Positions 1 to 5,627 of a stretch of 22,968 nt of DNA are shown in pieces. The position numbers and the translations under genes were made by a program. The DNA is from Candidatus Eiseniibacteriota bacterium. Lineage in GTDB: Bacteria; Eisenbacteria; RBG-16-71-46. The stretch spans positions 1 to 22,968 of the forward strand of contig JBGPFC010000049.1 of the NCBI GenBank assembly GCA_041483195.1, in the 5' to 3' direction. Position 1 is the first letter of the stretch. Every line of letters begins with the position of its first letter. Under the pieces are notes generated by a model. That model searched no databases, had not been told where the DNA came from, and saw only the letters and a program-made list of their open reading frames with translations.

Positions 1-47
1 GACTCTTAATCAGTAGGTTCTTGGTTCGATTCCAAGGCGGCGCACCA
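1..47 (+). tRNA. tRNA-Lys(CTT), 5' part cut off by window edge
   Basis: Anticodon loop CTCTTAA (3-9; anticodon CTT at 5-7) closed by GA/TC pairs, variable loop AGGTT, T-arm CTTGG-TTCGATT-CCAAG, acceptor 3' strand GCGGCGC, discriminator A and encoded CCA (45-47). Confidence 0.9.
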
Positions 48-207
48 TTTCCCCCGAGCGGTTGTAACTCAAGTGTGAGTCATCACGCAGGCTGCGGGGG
101 GGGAGCGACTACGGTCCGGCAGCTTGCCCACCCGGCTGGCGGAACCCTTCGAAGCGAGGGGCGCCGGGCTGACGGCGTTCCTCCACGTCCTCTACGCGGC
201 GTCCTGA

Positions 208-678
208 TCAGGAGAGACGGAGGACGACCTCTTCGATCTCCTGACCGCGCGCGTTCGCGAAGCCGATCTCCTCGCCGGTGACCTCGAAGCCGCACTTCGC
301 GAGGACGCGGAGCGAGCCGACGTTGTCCTTCGCGGCGCGTGCGTGGAGCGGGCGGTCCGTGACGACCGCGAGAAACGCGCGGAGCGCCTCCGTCGCGAGG
401 CCGCGGCCCCAAAGGCGGCGGGCGATCCCGTAGGTAACCTCGCGGTCTCCGCCCATGACGAAGCTCGCGATGTTCCCGGCGACCTGCCCCTCGAAGACGA
501 TCGTCTGGTTCTTGTTCTCCGGGTTGGCGCGGATCTTCTTCCAGTGAGCGTCGAACGCCGCGCGGTCGTCCGGATCCTTGTGGGTGAACGCGGCCATGTG
601 GTTGTAGGTGAGGTCGCGCTGGAGGTCGAAGAAGATCGGCAGGTCCGCGTCCGTCACGTCACGCAGGGTGATGACCAT
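208..678 (-). CDS. GNAT family N-acetyltransferase (RimJ/RimL-like), 156 aa
   Basis: MVITLRDVTDADLPIFF start, acetyl-CoA motif A 'YGIARRLWGRGLATEAL', motif B 'DNVGSLRVLAKCGF'. ATG at 678 chosen over GTG at 711 because a -10 box lies 6 nt upstream of it. Confidence 0.9.
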   Translation of the reverse strand: MVITLRDVTDADLPIFFDLQRDLTYNHMAAFTHKDPDDRAAFDAHWKKIRANPENKNQTIVFEGQVAGNIASFVMGGDREVTYGIARRLWGRGLATEALRAFLAVVTDRPLHARAAKDNVGSLRVLAKCGFEVTGEEIGFANARGQEIEEVVLRLS

Positions 679-684
679 GCGCCG

Positions 685-690
685 ACTATA
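685..690 (-). promoter_or_regulatory. Putative sigma70 -10 box (TATAGT) for a leaderless GNAT transcript
   Basis: Minus strand reads TATAGT-cggcgc-ATG; no Shine-Dalgarno sequence. Confidence 0.55.
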
Positions 691-700
691 CGACGAGATC

Positions 701-736
701 GGACTGGGCACGGCACCGAAGCGCCGTGCCCGGTCC
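701..736 (-). terminator. GC-rich stem-loop with C(UUCG)G tetraloop (terminator/stabiliser-like, no U-tract)
   Basis: Perfect 9-bp arms GGGCACGGC (706-714) / GCCGTGCCC (723-731), extended by GGAC/GTCC; minus-strand loop gcTTCGgt. Confidence 0.45.
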
Positions 737-950
737 TCCGCGAGGGATCAGGGCGTAACGCGACGAGCTCGATGTCGCGCTGGATCGTGAAGTGGCAACC
801 CTTCTCGACGAACTCATCGGCCCCGACCCCGATGGGGACGAGCGTCGGCGTCGACCCCGCGATGTCCCAGATGCGCGAGGATGCGCCGAGCGCAGTCGTG
901 CTGAGTACGGAATGGAAGTCGGGATTGGCGTCGCCACTGCGTAGCGCCCC

Positions 951-984
951 TAGGTTGAGGGTTCGATTCCTTCGCGGCGCACCA
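951..984 (+). repeat. Variant copy of the tRNA 3' end (att-like) with a compensated T-stem
   Basis: TAGGTT-GAGGG-TTCGATT-CCTTC-GCGGCGCACCA versus host TAGGTT-CTTGG-TTCGATT-CCAAG-GCGGCGCACCA. Confidence 0.8.
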
Positions 985-1046
985 ACTTACCTTCGGGCCT
1001 ACAGCAAGTCGAAGTACGTGAAGTGCTGAGCCAGCGCGCTCAGCGG

Positions 1047-1582
1047 TCACTTCGGCGGTCGATCGGTCCCTGCTTTCCGATTGGTTTGCCGAAGTGCCAC
1101 GGCTCCGACGAATAACAGCGCGAGGATCAGGATCATCGCCGCGCGTGCGTCCGACATCGGTGCGGGTGTCGGGGGGACGACGGAGTCCGCGGTTTCGATC
1201 GCGATCTGTCCAACCACGTACTCCTCACCCCCCAGGGCGCTCACCCGAATCCGGAGCTGATTGGATCCGAAGTGGGAGGCGAGTTGGCCCCTGCCGTGTA
1301 CGGGATGCTGCCCGGCACCTCGGGCTGGAGGACCAGCGACCCGGACACCGGCGTTCCGGGCGGTAATCCGCTGAGGCCCACCGTGCGCCAGGTGGTGTCA
1401 CGCGTCGGAGGCACTTCCTCGATCCGATAGTGGCCGACGAATGGCGCGGCGCCTCGATGGACCAGCCCGAACGTCATCGACTGTACGGTGGGCGCACGAT
1501 CTTGGCCCACATCCCCCCGCAGTTCGGCGAAACCGGGCGCCGGCACTAATTTGGCCACTGCGCCAAACGTCTGCACGCACAC
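1047..1582 (-). pseudogene. Probable frameshifted exported protein with C-terminal membrane anchor (IPTL-CTERM-like)
   Basis: ORFs 1241-1582 and 1047-1244 overlap. The second frame is open further upstream (GQLASHFGSNQLRIRVSALGG), which fits a frameshift near the G-run at ~1288-1291. It ends in PPTPAPMSD, a hydrophobic helix, then a basic tail. Confidence 0.4.
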
Positions 1583-1670
1583 CGAACTCCCTCCACTTCA
1601 TCGTCTCGATGAAGGCGATGCCAGGACAGGCGTTATCCCACGACCAAACGAGCACCGGCTCGGCCGAAAG

Positions 1671-1686
1671 CGGCTTGTTTCTTGCA
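1671..1686 (+). promoter_or_regulatory. Possible sigma54 -24/-12 promoter
   Basis: CGGC-ttgtttc-TTGCA gives exact GG-N10-GC spacing, ~33 nt upstream of the ATG at 1719. Confidence 0.35.
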
Positions 1687-1718
1687 TGGGCAGCGCCCTC
1701 GACCATCGGGGGAATGCC

Positions 1719-2789
1719 ATGAAAACGCTCGTCGCCCTACTCATGGGCCTCTATTGCGCCTTCATCGCCCGCGACATCGCCGGCAGGCTGTTTGGAAGCA
1801 TCGACGGTCAAATGTCCTTGCCAATGGCCGTCAACGTCATTGTGTTCCTTGTCAGCGCGCCAGCGGGAACATGGCTGGTGCTGCGCAAGGCGCCATCGTG
1901 GCGACGATTGATTTTCAATGGGTGTGCACTCGGGGCCGTTGAATGGTTATCGGCGATCGTAGCCGGAGGGATTTATCAGCACCGAGTCCGGTCCGCACTC
2001 CTGGCCTCGGGAGTCAGCCAGCAGGAACGAATTAGCTCGGTTTCCAACGGCTTGGATGGCGCGACGTCGTTTTTCTGCCTCGTTGTGTGCCTCGTCGGAT
2101 TGCTGCAGACGAGAAACTCGAGCGATGTGCGCGAGCGCGATGCGCGGCGCTCGCGAGAAGCGGCCGCCCCCGGAACTGCAAGCACCACGCTCATCGTTGC
2201 CTCCGAAGCTATCCTGGCTGTGCTCCTCATCGTGGGTTTCATCGCGATCAGACGCATCGACCTCGGCCTCGCCGCCATCTTGCCTGCACTCGTATTGGCT
2301 GCGATGGCGTGCGCGCTTGTGGTTCTTGCAATCGCGGGCATGGGGCAGGGTCTGCGCCTCCTCAAGACTCAAACTCACCGTGTCCTCGGACTCATCACGG
2401 TTGCGGTGTCGGCCGCTCCCGTTCTCTGCGCGGCGGTTCTGATGGCGACGGGGTTATACGACCTGAGACAACTGGACGCTCATGTTGCTGACCGCCGCAA
2501 ACAGTACCGGCAATTGGAACCGTTCTTTCGAACTCCGCAGGTGCTCAAGGACTCCTACGCAACAGCACCGTACGAGATTGTTTTTGTTTTCGCCGATGAC
2601 CGGCAAGTACGCATGTCAGCCGCGGGTGCCCACGCACTGTCAGATTTCTGCGACACGTCGCTCGTTGGCAAGGCACTGGACGTAAGGTTGCCCAGTGAAG
2701 GCCAGTTCCTGGCGAATCCCAACGCAAATGTGCTTTACGAGGGCACAAATCTTCAGAAGTACTGGAGAGAACACCATACGGGCGGATGA
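1719..2789 (+). CDS. Hypothetical multi-pass membrane protein (~7 TM) with soluble C-terminal domain, 356 aa
   Basis: ATG after GGGGGAA, about seven hydrophobic stretches then a ~110-aa hydrophilic tail. Codon usage is visibly more AT-rich than the backbone. No family recognised. Confidence 0.7.
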   Translation: MKTLVALLMGLYCAFIARDIAGRLFGSIDGQMSLPMAVNVIVFLVSAPAGTWLVLRKAPSWRRLIFNGCALGAVEWLSAIVAGGIYQHRVRSALLASGVSQQERISSVSNGLDGATSFFCLVVCLVGLLQTRNSSDVRERDARRSREAAAPGTASTTLIVASEAILAVLLIVGFIAIRRIDLGLAAILPALVLAAMACALVVLAIAGMGQGLRLLKTQTHRVLGLITVAVSAAPVLCAAVLMATGLYDLRQLDAHVADRRKQYRQLEPFFRTPQVLKDSYATAPYEIVFVFADDRQVRMSAAGAHALSDFCDTSLVGKALDVRLPSEGQFLANPNANVLYEGTNLQKYWREHHTGG

Positions 2790-3140
2790 GGCGTCACGTC
2801 GCGTACGCCTCCGCGGAGCGCTTCGGTGACGCACTTCCTCGGCAGCGTTTGCACCACCTGCCGGTGCGCCACCCGAGCCGGTAGCCGCTCGTCGAGCCAC
2901 AGGCTCCACTCGGCGAGTCGCCGCGCATGACATGACGGGCAGAAGTGCCGTCCCTGGCAGCGCAACGCCACCAAGAACTCGGCCCGGCATGTACTGCAAC
3001 GCACCCGGACGTAGCCGTGCTCGAGCAGACCGTAGTCGAGGAAGCGGCCGACCGCCGCGCGCGCCGCGCGCCGCAGCGGCCCGTGCGTGGGCTCGAAGCG
3101 CTCCTCGTGCAACCCGCTCGAGGGTCTCGATCCCATCGCT
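2790..3140 (-). pseudogene. IS91-family (Y2/rolling-circle) transposase remnant, zinc-binding domain only
   Basis: RFLDYGLLEHGYVRVRCSTCRAEFLVALRCQGRHFCPSCHARR...VAHRQVV matches the IS91 Zn-binding pattern (CG..GF.R..CxxC..VAFSCK.R.FCPSC..RR). The first Cys is replaced by Tyr and the catalytic domain is absent. Confidence 0.8.
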
Positions 3141-3215
3141 GGAGAGATCGCGGCTCACCGTCAGGGCGAGTCAACCAAGTCGACGGCAGCGCCCAGCATG
3201 TTGCTCCGCGCGGAA

Positions 3216-3399
3216 ACGGGACTAGTGGTCCCGTTTCGCGTTCCTTCCAGTGCCCACGGGTTCCCTCGGATGCCCACGCGTTCTCTGTGCAACTTCTGGC
3301 CAGTCTTCGCAATACGTTGCCCGACAATCGCTTCGTGCCTGCGGCGGTTAGAGTCTCTTAATCAGTAGGTTCTTGGTTCGATTCCAAGGCGGCGCACCA
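3216..3399 (+). repeat. att-like end, copy A: ~140-bp arm plus 45-bp perfect copy of the tRNA 3' end
   Basis: 3355-3399 is identical to 3-47. 3216-3399 aligns without gaps to 5439-5622 (offset 2223; about 150/184 identical by hand count). Confidence 0.92.
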
Positions 3400-3850
3400 A
3401 CTTGCGGCGGGTGAACGGGGAATCTGGTCCCGTTTCACCCTCCGAGTGGTCGCGCGGCACCGCGCGAGTCGCTGAGCTCCCGCCCAACCAAGCTCTCGCC
3501 GATCGTGCCTCAGAATGCGTCACCGCGATCGAGCCATGCCCGACCACCGCCCGCAGCGTGGCCTGCGGGCCGCCAGCCCCCCCTGGATTCCGAGCGGCCA
3601 TTTCATGATCCACGATCCCGATTGGCCATAGTTCTCCGAACGCTGGCCGCACGCGCTGGTCCCGCGGCCACCTACACCGCCCCGCCAGCGGCTCCGAAGC
3701 TCAGATGGAATGGAGCAGCGGTTCCCTACGCCGCCTTTCGCGCCTGACCGTCGCCACTTCGTGTTTCTCGACGAATCTGGGCGCAGAGCGCCGAATCTGA
3801 TCTGACTTCGACAACCAGTCCACGAATGCGCAGGCCGGCGAGGTCACCAT

Positions 3851-5167
3851 CTGAGAGACGCCCGCAGTCACCGCATCGCCCAGCCGTCGCTCCGCCGTCG
3901 GCTCCTCCGTTTTATTCGCTCCCTCGGTCTTGCCTGCCTGACCGGCGGCGCGGTGGCAGGGCCGGCGGCGGCCCAGTGGACGCGCGTCGACGAGGTGCCG
4001 ATCGCCAACATCTACAGCGTTTGGACAACGGGAGACACGATCGCGGCCAGCTCCGACAGCACCGTGTTCGTGAGCTTCGATCGCGGTATGACCTGGATCA
4101 CGAGCGCGAAGGTGGCCGCCGGCGTGATGTCGATCGAGGCGGTGAGGGTTCACAACTGCCGCTTGTACGCCGGCACGCGTGGCCAGGGCGTGTTCGTGAG
4201 CAGCGATCGGGGCGCGACCTGGCAGAGCTTCAGCCAGGGCCTCGTCGGCGGATTCGCCAACTCGCAGCTCGTCATCATGGACTTGCTGATTCGCGGAGAC
4301 GATCTCTACGCCGCGACTGGAGGCGCGGGGCCCTGGACCCGCAACCTCGCGAGTGCGGGCGGGTGGTCGCACTACGGAAACGCGCTCGAGCCCGCGCAAG
4401 CCTCGAACATGGAGTCGATCGCCGGATCACCGACGAGGTTGCTGGCCTGCGCCGGCTTCAATGGCGACGACTACCACCGGGACCTCGGAGATTCGGACTG
4501 GACGTTCGACTACCTCTTCGGCCATGTGGCCGCGGGGCTCGCGTCGCTCGCCGCGGTCTGGACGGGGAATTCCTGGCTCGTAGGGACCAATATCGGCGTG
4601 TTCCACAGCGCGCTCGGGCAATCGCCTTGGGCATATACCGACTTCGGGCTCCATCCGACCCTCTTTGCTTCCTTCGCTCTTCATGGCGGAGTCGTGTACA
4701 CGCACTTCGCCAGCGGAGAGGGCACCGGGATCGAATACAGCACCGACGACGGCACGAGCTGGAATGTGCTCGATGCGCTGCCCGCCACGTTCACCTACAA
4801 CATCGCGACCATCGGCGACACGCTCTACGCCGGACGAGTGGATGGGCTGTGGCGCCGGCCAATCGATCCCGCCCCCGTCTCCGTCCCCATCGCTGGTGCA
4901 CCGGGAAGTCTGCACTTCGCGATCACGGGGCCGAATCCTATCCACGACGAGGCGCGGCTCAGATTCGAGCTGCCCGAGCCGGGACGGGTGCGCATCGACG
5001 TCTTCGACATATCCGGCCGCCACCTGCCGGGAGGCGTCGACGAAACGTTCGCCGCGGGAGCACACGAGGTGCTCTGGCGGGCTCGGGACTTCGCGCCCGG
5101 GATCTACCTCGCTCGCCTCAGCGCCGGCGGCCGATCGGCGGTGGTGCGGCTCGTCCGGACGAGGTGA
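3851..5167 (+). CDS. Secreted beta-propeller-like (BNR/Asp-box) protein with C-terminal FlgD-Ig/T9SS-type sorting domain; start uncertain (CTG 3851 or GTG 3953)
   Basis: Asp-box motifs SFDRGMTW, SSDRGATW, STDDGTSW; C-terminus GPNP...VFDISGR...APGIYLARL. The frame is open upstream of 3953 and encodes a signal peptide ending AAA-QW. Confidence 0.8.
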   Translation: MRDARSHRIAQPSLRRRLLRFIRSLGLACLTGGAVAGPAAAQWTRVDEVPIANIYSVWTTGDTIAASSDSTVFVSFDRGMTWITSAKVAAGVMSIEAVRVHNCRLYAGTRGQGVFVSSDRGATWQSFSQGLVGGFANSQLVIMDLLIRGDDLYAATGGAGPWTRNLASAGGWSHYGNALEPAQASNMESIAGSPTRLLACAGFNGDDYHRDLGDSDWTFDYLFGHVAAGLASLAAVWTGNSWLVGTNIGVFHSALGQSPWAYTDFGLHPTLFASFALHGGVVYTHFASGEGTGIEYSTDDGTSWNVLDALPATFTYNIATIGDTLYAGRVDGLWRRPIDPAPVSVPIAGAPGSLHFAITGPNPIHDEARLRFELPEPGRVRIDVFDISGRHLPGGVDETFAAGAHEVLWRARDFAPGIYLARLSAGGRSAVVRLVRTR

Positions 5168-5272
5168 GCGGCAGCTCAGCGGAATGGAGCAGCGGTCTTC
5201 TAACTCGGCCCTGCGAGATTTCGCAGAAACCAGAAGCTCGCGCGCAAGTCACTGGAACGCACGCCGAAGCCC

Positions 5273-5353
5273 GGCACCTACCTGGCCCAATGGGGCTCGT
5301 TCGGCAGCGGGAACGGGCAATTCCAGTACCCCGCGGGCGTCGCGACGGACGGC
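5273..5353 (+). pseudogene. Isolated single NHL-repeat fragment
   Basis: Translates GTYLAQWGSFGSGNGQFQYPAGVATDG, a typical NHL repeat. No ATG/GTG start after the in-frame TAA at 5201, and similarity stops after one repeat. Confidence 0.65.
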
Positions 5354-5438
5354 GTCATAGGAGTGGCAGTCGGGATTGGCGTCGCCACTGTGTCGCGCGG
5401 CCTCGCGAGCGACCCGGCCGCATCGGCATCCACCACAT

Positions 5439-5622
5439 ACGGGACAAGTGGTCCCGTTTCGCGTTCCTTCGGGTACCCACGGGTGCCCGCTGATGCCCGC
5501 GCGTTCTTTGCGCAAGTTCTTGCCAACTCCCGTAGTGCACTGCGCGACGATCGCTTCGTGCTGACGGCGGTTATCGTCTCTCGTTCAGCAAGTTCTTGGT
5601 TCGATTCCAAGGCGGCGCACCA
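5439..5622 (+). repeat. att-like end, copy B: arm plus partly degenerate tRNA 3' end; right boundary of islet
   Basis: 5592-5624 is identical to 17-49, while the anticodon-loop part carries 5 mismatches. The arm is homologous to 3216-3354. Confidence 0.9.
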
Positions 5623-5627
5623 TTCTT

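Larger units (their letters stand above)
48..5622. mobile_element. Composite genomic islet (tandem integrated modules) at the tRNA-Lys 3' end, no integrase visible
   Basis: Bounded by direct repeats of the tRNA 3' end (3-47, 3355-3399, 5592-5622, plus a variant at 951-984). Contains gene remnants and visibly less GC-rich genes. A backbone gene ends at 5628, immediately after the last repeat. Confidence 0.8.

Noticed and set aside
3325..3399. Second complete tRNA gene
   Set aside because: Identity starts at the anticodon loop; the upstream sequence cannot form the anticodon stem, D-arm or 5' acceptor strand. The same holds for the copies at 951 and 5592.
3..5622. Recurrent 34-45 bp repeats as a CRISPR array
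   Set aside because: The repeats are tRNA 3' ends spaced 0.9-2.4 kb apart with genes between them; no cas genes.
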